DNA from: Flavobacteriales bacterium
GTDB lineage: Bacteria; Bacteroidota; Bacteroidia; UBA4408
Length of the DNA stretch: 64,000 nt
Assembly (NCBI GenBank): GCA_040383885.1
Contig: JBEICQ010000001.1
Span: 2,838 to 66,837, forward strand
Reading direction: 5' to 3'
Part shown: positions 1 through 9,561 of the stretch, in pieces
How the letters are laid out: each line of letters begins with the position of its first letter
How positions within the stretch are numbered: position 1 is the stretch's first letter
The notes under the pieces: generated by a model
Database searches by the model: none
Told to the model about the DNA's origin: nothing
The model's input: only the letters and a program-made list of their open reading frames with translations
Translations under genes and position numbers: made by a program

Positions 1-3000
1 AGGAGTATTTAGATTAACGACAGCAGTATCGGTTGCGGTAATTCCACAGCCGTTTGTAACAATAACTGTATATGTTCCTGCCGCAGAAACCCAATTGGTT
101 TGGGTATTATTTAGTGTTTCCGGCCCTGTCCAGCTAAATGTCATCCCGGGATTTCCGGCATTGAGCAGCACAGAATCGGCGCAGTTGTTAAAGGGGCCTC
201 CCAGATCAACAACAGGGGCAATCGTATCAAGATTCACATTTATCTGGTCTGTGGAGGAACAACCAAGCACGTTTGTAACAGTTACAGAATAAGCTCCACT
301 TTCATCAACAACAACAGTATCTAGGTTGGAATTACCCACAATTCCGGGACCTGTCCACAAGAAGGCTGTACCTGCTGGAAAGGTGCCGGCTTCCAATGTT
401 AGAGTACCACCACATGCAGATGTATCTGAGGGCAAGTTGATAACCGGTAGTGGATTAATAGTAACTGAAACGGTATCGGATGTGGATGATCCACAAATAT
501 TTGTAAGTGTCACGGTATAGTTTCCACTACCCACATTGATGGTTTGGGTTGGAGGTAATCCGGGAGCTCCAGTCCATAAATAGGTTGTATTTGAGTCGCC
601 GGCTCCCGCGTCTAATAATACAGTTCCTCCGCATTGGGTGGTGTCTGTAAACTGGGGAGCAATTGGTAATTGATCGAAAGTACCAACAAAGATACTGTCA
701 GAGGATGTACATGCATTTTGAACAACAACAAGGGAGTAGATGCCGGAAGTGTCGGTAACTGCAACGGGAGAAGAAGTTCCGCTCACAAATCCCGGACCGG
801 TCCATGAATAGGTAGAACCGGCACTAAAGGTTCCTGCTGTTAATACCACATTGTTTCCACTCAAAACACATTGCAAGAGGGAATCAACACCGTTGTTGAT
901 ATTCACTGAGAATGGTGTCCCGATGGTGATGTTGATAGAATCCCGTGTGGTTCCACAAGCATTGGTTACATCCACAAAATACAAGCCTGTTTGGCTAAAA
1001 GTTCTTACCGCTTGTGCGGGACCGTTATCACTCCAGAGGTAGGTGAATCCCTGGTTTCCTGCATTTACTGTTACCGATGACTGGCAAACTGCCGTATCAG
1101 AACCAAGACTAACAGTAGGCAACTGAAGGGAAACTTGCACAGAAGCCGAGTCAGAAGCAGAACAACCGAATACATTGGTTACTGTTACATTGTAAGTATT
1201 CGTTCCAAGTTGAAATACAGAGATAATTTGTGTGGTATCTGCAGCCGTTAGGCCCTGTCCTGTCCAAACATAGCCTGATCCCGGATTACCTGCATCAAGC
1301 AAAACGGCAGCATTACAAGCTGAAGAATCACTGAGATTAACAACCGGTATTGGGTTCAGCGTAACCAGTGCGGGTGCACTTGTTGTTGTTCCGCATCCGT
1401 TAGTGGCCGCGGCTATGTAAGATCCGTTTTGGCTTACCGAAATCGTTCCGGTTGTATCCGTCAGTAATGTACCATTCCTTGTCCAGGTATAAGTGTTTTG
1501 TGGTCCTCCTGCTGTGAGCGAAATACTGCTGGCACAGGTGTCATAAGGGCCTCCAAGATTCACAACCGGAAGGGAACCATCCAGGTTAACGAGGATAGTA
1601 TCAGATGACTGACATCCTCCTTGAAGGGAGACCAGAAGAATATAAGTGCCGGTTTGTGTTACCGTCAGCGTCGGTTGATTGCCTCCGATGGATTGACCAT
1701 TCCTTGTCCACTGGTAAGAGTTTGCTCCGGTAATTCCGGAATTGAGTAATACGCTGCCGCCACATTGCTGAACATCCGGACCCAGATCAACATTGGGGTC
1801 AGAGAGGAACTCAACATTCACTGCGCTGCTTACTGTGCTTCCGCATCCATTGGTTACCGTCACAAAATAAGCGCCTGTTGCTGTTACATTGAGTGTTTGG
1901 TTGGTATCTGCAGCGGTAGTTGAAGTGCCGGACCAGTCATAGCTTGATCCCGGATTACCGGCGTCCAGTGTAACAGTGTCGGCACATGTTGAGATACTGC
2001 TACCGAGATTAACCACAGGTAATGTGTTGTCGAGGTTCACCGGTTTGGTGTCGCTGGCGGTACAATTGTTGACATCAGTAATGGTCAGGGAATATGTTCC
2101 TGTTACATTCACCAAAACAGTATCATTGCTATTGCTACCTAAGATGCCGGGACCTGACCATTCGTAGAGAGAAGCTTGAACAGGAGAGATCAGTTCAAGT
2201 GTTCCTCCACACTGGGCTACAGGCCCACCCAATTCAAGTGTAGGTAAGGTGTGGATAGTTAAGGTTGTTTGTCCGCTTGAAGAACCACAGGCGTTGGTAA
2301 CAGTCACGCTGAAAGTACCTGATTGATTTGCTGTGAAGAGCCTGTTTGTATCGGCCGGAGTTACACCCGGACCTGACCATTGGTATTGTAAGGCAGTGGG
2401 ATTACCGGCATCAAGAGTAATGCTGCCTCCGCATTGCGCAGGAGGATTACCCAAACTTACCACCGGAGAACCGGTGTTGATGGTTACTGCAATAGTTTTG
2501 CTTGCCGAGCAATTTTGGGCATTGGTTACCTGTACCGTGTAATTACCGGAGCTAAGAGCCAAAATCTGTTGGCTTGTACTTGCGTTGGACCACAGGTAGG
2601 TGGAGCCAACATTTCCTGCATCCAGGATGATTGGCGGATCACAAGAAGAAGTATCATTGAGAGAAATAACCGGTAAGGGGTTGATGGTAACAGCTGCAAT
2701 GTTGGATGTGGTAGATCCGCATACATTTGTTACTGTAACAGAATAGGTACCGCTTGCATTCACATTTAGCGTAGCTAAGGTATCGGCAGCGGTGGTATTG
2801 GTGCCAGACCATACATAGCTTGATCCCGGAGTAGTGGCATTAAGCACAACAGAGCCACCGCATTGAGTAGTGCTTGGTGGCAATGAAACCAATGGTGTAG
2901 TGAGGATAGAAACATTTACAGGGGCAGATTGTGAAGAGCACCCGTTAACATCTGTAACCGTAACAAAGTAGTTTCCGCCGGCAACAACAAGCAGGCTGTC

Positions 3001-6000
3001 GTTGGTGGAATTGTCATTCCATGTGTTTCCTGAAAGTGCACTTGAAACAAGAGTGAGTGAACTACCCTGACAGATAGCCGTATCCTGAGAGGGCGATATC
3101 ACAGGAACCACAGGATTGGGATTCACTGTAATAGTTACAGGATTTGAAGATTGATTACAAATGGTATTAAAAAGGGTATAGGTACCCGACTGCGTAACAG
3201 TAATACTAATTTCATTGGGGTTAACTGGTGGTGGTGTACCTTGCCAAGTGAATCCGGATGTAAGGTTGGAGGTTAATACAACCGAACCTCCCTGACAAAA
3301 AGAAGGACTTCCAAGTGTCGTGATAACCGGTTGTTGAGAGGATAGAACCTGTAAGTTAAATAAGCTCGGCAATGATGAACAACCTGTTGTCTGGTCGGTG
3401 AAGATTACTGAATGTACGCCATTCTGAGTTGCACTGATGGTGGGACTGGTAAGAGTGAAATTATCAGGCAATGTCCAGGCTAGACCTGTAGAATAATTGC
3501 TTGCAGAGAGCGTAGAAGATCCACCGGAACAGATGGTGTTTCCGTTTGATGAGACAATCAACGGACTTGCAGGCTGGGGACTGAATGTAACAGTTACATC
3601 CGAAGAGGTGCTACTGCAACCAAACCCGTTGAACACAGTTACATTATAGGCACCGGGGGTTTCAACATAAACAGAATCGTTGTTTGAGGAGATTCCCGGA
3701 TTCCACTGATATAGTGATGCAAGCGAAGAGGTAACGAGAAGCACTGAGTCACCGGCGCAATTTGTGAAATTGGAGGGTGAACTAACCTGCGGTTGATTGG
3801 GTAGAGGATTGATAGAAACTGGGAAGGGGGCTGACATGTTCGAGCAGCCATTTACGATTACAGTGTAGCTTCCTGAATCAGATACAACGATAGATCTGGT
3901 GCTCAGATTTAAAGAATCTCCGTCTTTAAACCACACATTGTTATTCAGAGAGGATGAGGTGAGGGTAAGAGAATCCCCTGCGCAGATTTGATTGGATCCA
4001 CTATTGGAGGTTATTACCGGAGTAATTATCTGGCTTGAGGTAACATTAACTGAGGGAGAGGTGGCTGAGCAATTGTTTGCATCTGTGATGGTTACCGTGA
4101 TACCTGATAGCGTACTGTCTACTGTAATTGCTGGAGTGGTTTGGTTACCCGGTGTCCAAAGGATGCTTACAAGAGGCTGAGGAGCAATGAACAGGTTTAC
4201 AGAGTCTCCTTCACAAAAAGAAAGTGGGCCGGAAGCTTGGATAATTGGCGCAATGGCGCTATTTACGGTTACTGTAATTGAATTGGACTGACCTGAAAGA
4301 CACTCATTGTCATCCTGAAAAACCACGAAATAAGTACCGGGTGTATCAAAGATACGGGTTGGTGAGTTTGAAATTGGGGAAGTGGGTGCAGAAGCTTCAA
4401 ACCAGGTTATTCCTGTGAGTTGGTTGGATGAGAGAACTACAGAATCGCCCTGACAGAAAGTGGTAGGGCCGCCGGCGGTAATCTGGGGCGAAAGGGGCGT
4501 AGGATGTACAATTACAGCAATGGGATTGGATGTGGAGGAACAGCTGTTGGCATCGGTTTCAGTAACAGTAACCACATAATTTCCCGGCTGGGAGATGGTC
4601 AGCTGAGTGCCTGTTGTAGCATTAGCGTCGTTCCATACAAGTGTTCCACCGGAAGTTGTTGAAGTAAATGTAACAGGATTTCCTTCGCAAAAGGAGGTAT
4701 CACCCGGATTAACAACAGGTTGAACAGGGAGTGGATTGACAAAAACAGTTACAGGGACAGACGGGGCAGAACAGCCGGGTATAGTAACGATATAGTTTCC
4801 GGCAGTTCCAACTGAAATAGTTTGGCTTGTGGCTCCGTTAGACCAGATATTTCCTGTATTGATACTTGAAGATAACTGTACTGTTTCTCCCTGACAAAGC
4901 GTAATGGGGCCGGCAGGAGAAATCACCGGAGTGATGATTGGATTGACAACAACCTGCACCACTGCAGAAGTATCAGAACAATTGTTGATGTCTGTGGTGA
5001 CAACAGAAACTGACTGAGAAGTTTTGATAACAATTGAATCATTGGTGTTTGATGTTGAAACGCCATTGAATAACCATTGATAGGAAGAGGCAGGAGAGGA
5101 AACTAGCAACACTGAGTCTCCGTCACAGAAAGTGATAGGCCCGGAAGCAGCTATGGTTGGAATTACCGGAACATGAACGACAATAGCTGTATCGGTGAAA
5201 GAGCTACAACCAAGACCATCAGTATGAGTCAGACGATAGGTTCCTGCCTGATAAATAGCGATAGAATTTTGGCTGCTGATTACATTTCCGGGGTTAGAGA
5301 GAAGCCTCCAGGTGTTGCCTGCAGGGTATGAGGATTGAAGGACCACGCTGTCTCCCAAACAGAAAGTAAGCGAGCCGGAAACAATACCCATTACCGGCGG
5401 AGCAGGCAATGGATTAAAGTTAAGCGTGAAGATTGAAGAGGTTGTACTGCAATTGATAGTAGAAGAAACTGTGAGCGTGTAATCTCCCGGGGTAATCACA
5501 CGGATACTGGTGCCAGTATCGCCCGGAAGGGGACTTCCATTAAAATTCCACTGGTAAAAGTTTTCCACTGCATTGGTGGAGAGTGTCACTGTGTCTCCGG
5601 AACATGGGCTACCCACAGCCGTTGACTGAATGGTGGGCACCGGAGGCGGGGGAAGAAAATTCAGCGTAAGGGGTGCAGATGTGCGGGAACAAGAACCGGC
5701 ACCGGGTGCCGTGGTGACGGTTACCGTATAATTACCTGCCTGAGTGGCATTTTGGATCACATTTGTACCCAGCACCGTAGACCCTACAGACCATTGATAG
5801 GTTACGGGTTGGGTCGCAGATACTGCTGTTAAATCTAGATTTCCACCACTACATACATTGGTGGGAAGTCCACTGGTAGAAATAGTTGGAATTGCTGGCA
5901 CGGGAAAAATGCTAACAATGGCACGATATCTACGAGGCGTGGTACAAGCAGCATTTTCTGCTACATAAAAGGTATCCGTAATTGCCTGATTGGTGAGCGT

Positions 6001-6270
6001 GAGGGTGTTTGAGTTGGTCAATATCACATTGCCACCTACAGGAGCATCAAACCAGGTATAAGCATTGGCACCGGAATTTCCGCCACTTACTGTAAGCGTT
6101 ACTGTAGCAGGGCCACAACTTTGGGCATTATTTACCGAAAGTGCATTGTATTCGTAAGCACCAATATCCGGATTGTTTACGCGAGCAACACCACGCTGGT
6201 CGTTGGCTGGAGCCGATGTTGAACCTGCATCTATGGCAGGACTACAGGCGGTGAGTGCCAGTGTTTGTGT
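1..6270 (-). repeat. Tandem array of diverged Ig-like domain-coding repeats (~230-250 nt period) inside the giant surface-protein gene
   Basis: Protein-level periodicity of the Cys…C-x-G-D/G-S-V-x-L motif every ~80 aa. The DNA copies have diverged and none are identical. Confidence 0.55.
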
Positions 6271-7263
6271 AGCCCCTCCGTTATCACTCAGAGCTGTGCT
6301 GATTAAATCCGTACCCGGAAGTGCAAAAATATTTCCGGAGGTGTTGGCTCCCGGAGCAAATTCAAATCCGGTAGAATCAGAGAAAAGGTTGTGTCCCTGA
6401 GCAGATAAAATTCTGGTGTCTGTACTGTCAGGATTCACCCTGATGTCATTACCGGTATCCTGTACATTCTGGGCATCGTTGTTGCCAACAAAACTATTAT
6501 TGAGGGTAATGAAACCTGCATTGAGATAGATACCCCCACCATTACCTTGTGAAATATTATTAGCGATGGTAGTACTGTTGATGGTGGTGTTACAAGGCGT
6601 AATGATATCGATGGCACCTCCTACCCCTGCTACATTATTAGAAAAAGTGCAATTGGTAATTGTAAGAGTGGAGTTTAATCCGGCAACGGCCAAGCCCCCG
6701 CCGATACCATTGCTATTGATGTTATTGTTGATGGTGGAATTTAAAATGGTAACATTCGCGTCATTGTTAATAAGAACTCCTGCTCCTGTATTTTGAGAAC
6801 CTAAGTTCTGGCTGATTTGACAATTGTTTAGAACGACTGTAGCATCTTCGATGAGCATCCCGCCGCCTGAGCCAAAACCATTCTGAACCTTTATGTTGGA
6901 AATAGTGACCACAAGATCATTTAAGGTATTGGGATCGGATATCTTGAGGATGGGGAAAAGGAAATTACCACTCAGCGTAAACATGGAGGCTGCCGGACCT
7001 TCCAACACTGTGTAGTTGAAAATGGTTGGTAATTGGGAGGTCAGATTTACCACTCCGGAAACCTGTATCAGAATCAGGTGTGGGTCTCCAGATGTTGTGC
7101 CTTCTGAATTGGCGTCAAGGATGGCCTGTCTGAATGACCCGGGACCGTTATCAAGGGTGTTGGTCACAGGAAATGTAGATGCCTTTGATACCATTGTCTG
7201 CAGCAGCAGAGCAAGTATCAAGAAGAGAACCGGCTTAATGGATTTGATCATACGCTCGCTCAT
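1..7263 (-). CDS. Giant secreted cell-surface protein, partial. N-terminus is in the window and the gene continues past position 1. Signal peptide, Pmp-like parallel beta-helix repeats, then ~25 tandem Ig-like (SprB/PKD-like) repeats. Probable T9SS cargo/adhesin
   Basis: The minus strand is one continuous open frame from the ATG at 7263 to the window edge. It is absent from the ORF track only because there is no stop codon in the window. Reverse translation starts MSERMIKSIKPVLFLILALLLQTMVSKAST, a signal peptide. GGxI/L motifs follow (GGGMLI, GGGLAV, GGAIDI, GGGIYL), typical of polymorphic-membrane-protein right-handed beta-helix. After that come repeating ~75-85 aa units with conserved Cys pairs (…FCQGDSVVLSS…, …ICAGDSLTLTS…, …CNGCS…). 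All plus-strand ORFs listed here are short antisense ORFs. Confidence 0.75.
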   Translation of the reverse strand, partial: MSERMIKSIKPVLFLILALLLQTMVSKASTFPVTNTLDNGPGSFRQAILDANSEGTTSGDPHLILIQVSGVVNLTSQLPTIFNYTVLEGPAASMFTLSGNFLFPILKISDPNTLNDLVVTISNIKVQNGFGSGGGMLIEDATVVLNNCQISQNLGSQNTGAGVLINNDANVTILNSTINNNINSNGIGGGLAVAGLNSTLTITNCTFSNNVAGVGGAIDIITPCNTTINSTTIANNISQGNGGGIYLNAGFITLNNSFVGNNDAQNVQDTGNDIRVNPDSTDTRILSAQGHNLFSDSTGFEFAPGANTSGNIFALPGTDLISTALSDNGGATQTLALTACSPAIDAGSTSAPANDQRGVARVNNPDIGAYEYNALSVNNAQSCGPATVTLTVSGGNSGANAYTWFDAPVGGNVILTNSNTLTLTNQAITDTFYVAENAACTTPRRYRAIVSIFPVPAIPTISTSGLPTNVCSGGNLDLTAVSATQPVTYQWSVGSTVLGTNVIQNATQAGNYTVTVTTAPGAGSCSRTSAPLTLNFLPPPPVPTIQSTAVGSPCSGDTVTLSTNAVENFYQWNFNGSPLPGDTGTSIRVITPGDYTLTVSSTINCSTTSSIFTLNFNPLPAPPVMGIVSGSLTFCLGDSVVLQSSYPAGNTWRLLSNPGNVISSQNSIAIYQAGTYRLTHTDGLGCSSFTDTAIVVHVPVIPTIAASGPITFCDGDSVLLVSSPASSYQWLFNGVSTSNTNDSIVIKTSQSVSVVTTDINNCSDTSAVVQVVVNPIITPVISPAGPITLCQGETVQLSSSINTGNIWSNGATSQTISVGTAGNYIVTIPGCSAPSVPVTVFVNPLPVQPVVNPGDTSFCEGNPVTFTSTTSGGTLVWNDANATTGTQLTISQPGNYVVTVTETDANSCSSTSNPIAVIVHPTPLSPQITAGGPTTFCQGDSVVLSSNQLTGITWFEASAPTSPISNSPTRIFDTPGTYFVVFQDDNECLSGQSNSITVTVNSAIAPIIQASGPLSFCEGDSVNLFIAPQPLVSILWTPGNQTTPAITVDSTLSGITVTITDANNCSATSPSVNVTSSQIITPVITSNSGSNQICAGDSLTLTSSSLNNNVWFKDGDSLNLSTRSIVVSDSGSYTVIVNGCSNMSAPFPVSINPLPNQPQVSSPSNFTNCAGDSVLLVTSSLASLYQWNPGISSNNDSVYVETPGAYNVTVFNGFGCSSTSSDVTVTFSPQPASPLIVSSNGNTICSGGSSTLSASNYSTGLAWTLPDNFTLTSPTISATQNGVHSVIFTDQTTGCSSLPSLFNLQVLSSQQPVITTLGSPSFCQGGSVVLTSNLTSGFTWQGTPPPVNPNEISITVTQSGTYTLFNTICNQSSNPVTITVNPNPVVPVISPSQDTAICQGSSLTLVSSALSGNTWNDNSTNDSLLVVAGGNYFVTVTDVNGCSSQSAPVNVSILTTPLVSLPPSTTQCGGSVVLNATTPGSSYVWSGTNTTAADTLATLNVNASGTYSVTVTNVCGSTTSNIAAVTINPLPVISLNDTSSCDPPIILDAGNVGSTYLWSNASTSQQILALSSGNYTVQVTNAQNCSASKTIAVTINTGSPVVSLGNPPAQCGGSITLDAGNPTALQYQWSGPGVTPADTNRLFTANQSGTFSVTVTNACGSSSGQTTLTIHTLPTLELGGPVAQCGGTLELISPVQASLYEWSGPGILGSNSNDTVLVNVTGTYSLTITDVNNCTASDTKPVNLDNTLPVVNLGSSISTCADTVTLDAGNPGSSYDWSGTSTTAADTNQTLNVTATGAYFVTVTNGCGSTVSSAVNVEFLSDPNVDLGPDVQQCGGSVLLNSGITGANSYQWTRNGQSIGGNQPTLTVTQTGTYILLVSLQGGCQSSDTILVNLDGSLPVVNLGGPYDTCASSISLTAGGPQNTYTWTRNGTLLTDTTGTISVSQNGSYIAAATNGCGTTTSAPALVTLNPIPVVNLSDSSACNAAVLLDAGNPGSGYVWTGQGLTAADTTQIISVFQLGTNTYNVTVTNVFGCSASDSASVQVSLQLPTVSLGSDTAVCQSSVTVNAGNQGFTYLWSDNGPAQAVRTFSQTGLYFVDVTNACGTTRDSINITIGTPFSVNINNGVDSLLQCVLSGNNVVLTAGTFSAGSTYSWTGPGFVSGTSSPVAVTDTSGIYSLVVVQNACTSSDSIFVGTFDQLPIAPQFTDTTQCGGTVLLDAGAGDSNTTYLWTGAPGLPPTQTINVGSGNYTVTLTNICGSSTSDTVSVTINPLPVINLPSDTSACGGTLTLEAGTFPAGTAFLWTGPGIVGNSNLDTVVVDESGAYSVTVTNVLGCSSTDQINVNLDTIAPVVDLGGPFNNCADSVLLNAGNPGMTFSWTGPETLNNTQTNWVSAAGTYTVIVTNGCGITATDTAVVNLNTP

Positions 7264-7304
7264 TTATTCAAGTTGAAAATTGCCATGGATTTTGTCAATC
7301 CCCG

Positions 7305-7312
7305 CAAAAGTA
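7305..7312 (-). promoter_or_regulatory. Candidate Bacteroidetes sigmaA -7 box (TACTTTTG on minus strand) about 40 nt upstream of the giant-protein ATG
   Basis: Plus-strand caaaagta at ~7305-7312 is TACTTTTG on the coding strand and matches the TAnnTTTG consensus. It lies in the 235-bp gap between the histidine kinase stop and the adhesin start. Confidence 0.2.
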
Positions 7313-7497
7313 ATGATTTACATGCTAAACCGTGCAAATTTTGATGTGTTTAAAAAAAAAAGCAATCTAATGTTTTTCTAATCTCATAACCCAATGTATC
7401 CGGAGTAAAAGCCTCAAACCATAGGGCAGTTAAAACAAAGGATTTGTCGTTCATTTTAACCAATTTGTCGGAAAATAATTACCCATAATATCTTACT

Positions 7498-8871
7498 TCA
7501 TGAAAAGTAAGACTCCGGAAAAACAAGTCTCACCCGGGTAATTGAGTCTTTGGTTGTTTCCAAGACAAGTCTGATGCTGTGAATTTCACAAATTTTATGC
7601 ACCAGACTGAGACCTATTCCGTGTCCCCTGGTGCCGGAACTTTGCCTGCCCCTGTAGAAAGGTGCAAAAATCAGTTCTTTTTCCTCCGGCATAAAGGTTA
7701 CGCCTTGATTTGAAAAATTCATTGAAACAAATCCCTGGGTGGACAACTCAGCGAGTACCCGATGATCGGAAGAAAATTTACAGGCGTTGTCAAGCAAATT
7801 GAAAATGGCTGTTTTAAGCAGTGCCTCATTGCCTTTTACGATGAGCTTGTTTTCATCCTCCGGCATGGTATCAACGGAAATACCTATTGAGTGATTAGGA
7901 TACTTTTGTTTATACGCTTCAAGGGTGGTCCAAAAAAGTTCGTCAATCCTGAGTTCGGTGTATTCGATCAAGTTGTCATTTCTGTTCAGGCGAGTAAGCT
8001 GAAGCAATTGGGAGGTGATGTTGTTTAGCTCAAGTATATCTTCATGAAGGCTCTTTAATACATCCTTGTAATCCTCATTTGTTCGTTCCTTGATCAGTGC
8101 TACTTCAATCTGAGAGGTGATAGCAGCCAGGGGGTTCTGTAATTCATGAGAGGCTGACGCTATAAAAATTCTTTGCAACTTGAATGATTCCTCTATGCGG
8201 TCGAGCATCATGTTAAAAGTGATAATCATTCTACCAATTTCATCGCTTGGATTTTGATTCACTATCCTTCGGTCAATTTGCTCAGCAGTGATATTGTTTA
8301 CCTGATCAATCACTTGGTTTATCGGAGCGAGCATTCTTCCTGAAAAAAGATAGCCTGCTGCAATTACGATGGTTATCGTTCCCAGGTACAAAAAGAGAAT
8401 ATTGTTCCTGAGATTTTGCAGCTTGCTATATCCCCAACGATCCCATGCTGCACAAACAATGAACAAATTTCTACCGGACTCAGGAATCAAAATTCCATAC
8501 ATTTCATATTTCCCTGTACTGAAAAACCCCTCTTTTTTCGTACGCATGAGATTAAAAAAAGAAGGAGAAAAACTCAGAATATTAGGATTTTTAAGTACAT
8601 ATATTGGATGTGCTTGCTCATCGAATATCATCAGGTGTTCATTCACAAGATTGTCTCTCTGGTTTCTTGAGAAAACCTTTAGCATTCCGGAATCTATGCG
8701 TTGGTTCAGAATGCCTATATCAGCTACTGAAAACACCTTTGCCTTTAATCTCTCTTTGTATTCATCCTCACGGTAAATGGAGGAGGAAATATAGATTAAC
8801 AGAAAAAAAATACCCACCAAAATGGTGACGATTGCAGAGAAAATAATCGCCAGTTTGGTTCTGATTTGCAT
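7498..8871 (-). CDS. Sensor histidine kinase. Two TM helices, periplasmic loop, HAMP, HisKA and HATPase_c domains
   Basis: The 457-aa product has an H-box SASHELQNPLAAI, N/G boxes (NLLDNACKF…GHGIGLSLV), and an N-terminal TM segment IIFSAIVTILVGIFFLLIYI. Confidence 0.9.
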   Translation of the reverse strand: MQIRTKLAIIFSAIVTILVGIFFLLIYISSSIYREDEYKERLKAKVFSVADIGILNQRIDSGMLKVFSRNQRDNLVNEHLMIFDEQAHPIYVLKNPNILSFSPSFFNLMRTKKEGFFSTGKYEMYGILIPESGRNLFIVCAAWDRWGYSKLQNLRNNILFLYLGTITIVIAAGYLFSGRMLAPINQVIDQVNNITAEQIDRRIVNQNPSDEIGRMIITFNMMLDRIEESFKLQRIFIASASHELQNPLAAITSQIEVALIKERTNEDYKDVLKSLHEDILELNNITSQLLQLTRLNRNDNLIEYTELRIDELFWTTLEAYKQKYPNHSIGISVDTMPEDENKLIVKGNEALLKTAIFNLLDNACKFSSDHRVLAELSTQGFVSMNFSNQGVTFMPEEKELIFAPFYRGRQSSGTRGHGIGLSLVHKICEIHSIRLVLETTKDSITRVRLVFPESYFS

Positions 8872-8873
8872 TT

Positions 8874-9551
8874 TTAAATATCAGCAAGATAATATCCTTT
8901 CCCAACTTTTGTTTGAATCAGCTTTTGCTCAAAGTCCTTGTCTATCTTTTTTCTAAGATAATTAACATATACCTCTACTATATTGGTACCAGTATCAAAA
9001 CTTATATTCCAAATTTTTTCAATGATTTCTTTGCGGCTAAGAATTTTGCCTTGTTTTTTAATCAACAGTTCCAGGAGGGCAAATTCCTTGGTTGTTAAAT
9101 CAATTTTTTGTCCCCTGCGATAAACTTCTCTCGAAAAAAGTTCAAGCGTTAAATCGCCATAAGAAAGAAGATGTGTGTCCTCTTCTGTTCGGCGGTATTT
9201 TTTATTTGCATTATGGATTCTTGCAATGAGCTCTTTGAAATCAAAAGGTTTTACCAAGTAATCGTCTGCACCTATTTCAAATCCTTTTAATTTATCTTCA
9301 ATCATTCCGAGTGCGGTGAGAAAAATGACAGGGACTTGTATGCCATTTTCACGAATGGTTTTACAAAATTCGAAACCATTGATCTCCGGCATCAGAACAT
9401 CGGAAACGATGACACTATAATTTTTGCCAAGAGCCATTTGTATTGCCGAACTTCCATCATTGCAAGTTTCTACAGAGAAGCCCGATTCTTCCAGTCCCTT
9501 GCGGAGGGTACTGAGTGTTTTGGGTTCATCTTCTACAACAAGTATTTTCAT
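8874..9551 (-). CDS. OmpR-family response regulator (receiver plus winged-helix DNA-binding domain)
   Basis: MKILVVEDEPK…DVLMP…, with a C-terminal trans_reg_C-like segment ending GKGYYL. It sits 3 nt upstream of the kinase on the same strand. Confidence 0.9.
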   Translation of the reverse strand: MKILVVEDEPKTLSTLRKGLEESGFSVETCNDGSSAIQMALGKNYSVIVSDVLMPEINGFEFCKTIRENGIQVPVIFLTALGMIEDKLKGFEIGADDYLVKPFDFKELIARIHNANKKYRRTEEDTHLLSYGDLTLELFSREVYRRGQKIDLTTKEFALLELLIKKQGKILSRKEIIEKIWNISFDTGTNIVEVYVNYLRKKIDKDFEQKLIQTKVGKGYYLADI

Positions 9552-9561
9552 GGATGAATAA

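Noticed and set aside
95-7276. About 15 short plus-strand ORFs of 60-86 aa (e.g. 95-292, 326-520, 6566-6796, 7016-7276)
   Set aside because: All lie antisense to, or in alternative frames of, the continuous >2400-codon minus-strand adhesin frame. Their repetitive Thr/Val/Gly-rich translations are artefacts of the Ig-repeat coding sequence.
8369-8828. Plus-strand ORFs of 74-135 aa overlapping the histidine kinase gene
   Set aside because: They are antisense to a well-supported sensor kinase CDS, have low-complexity translations and no recognisable domains.
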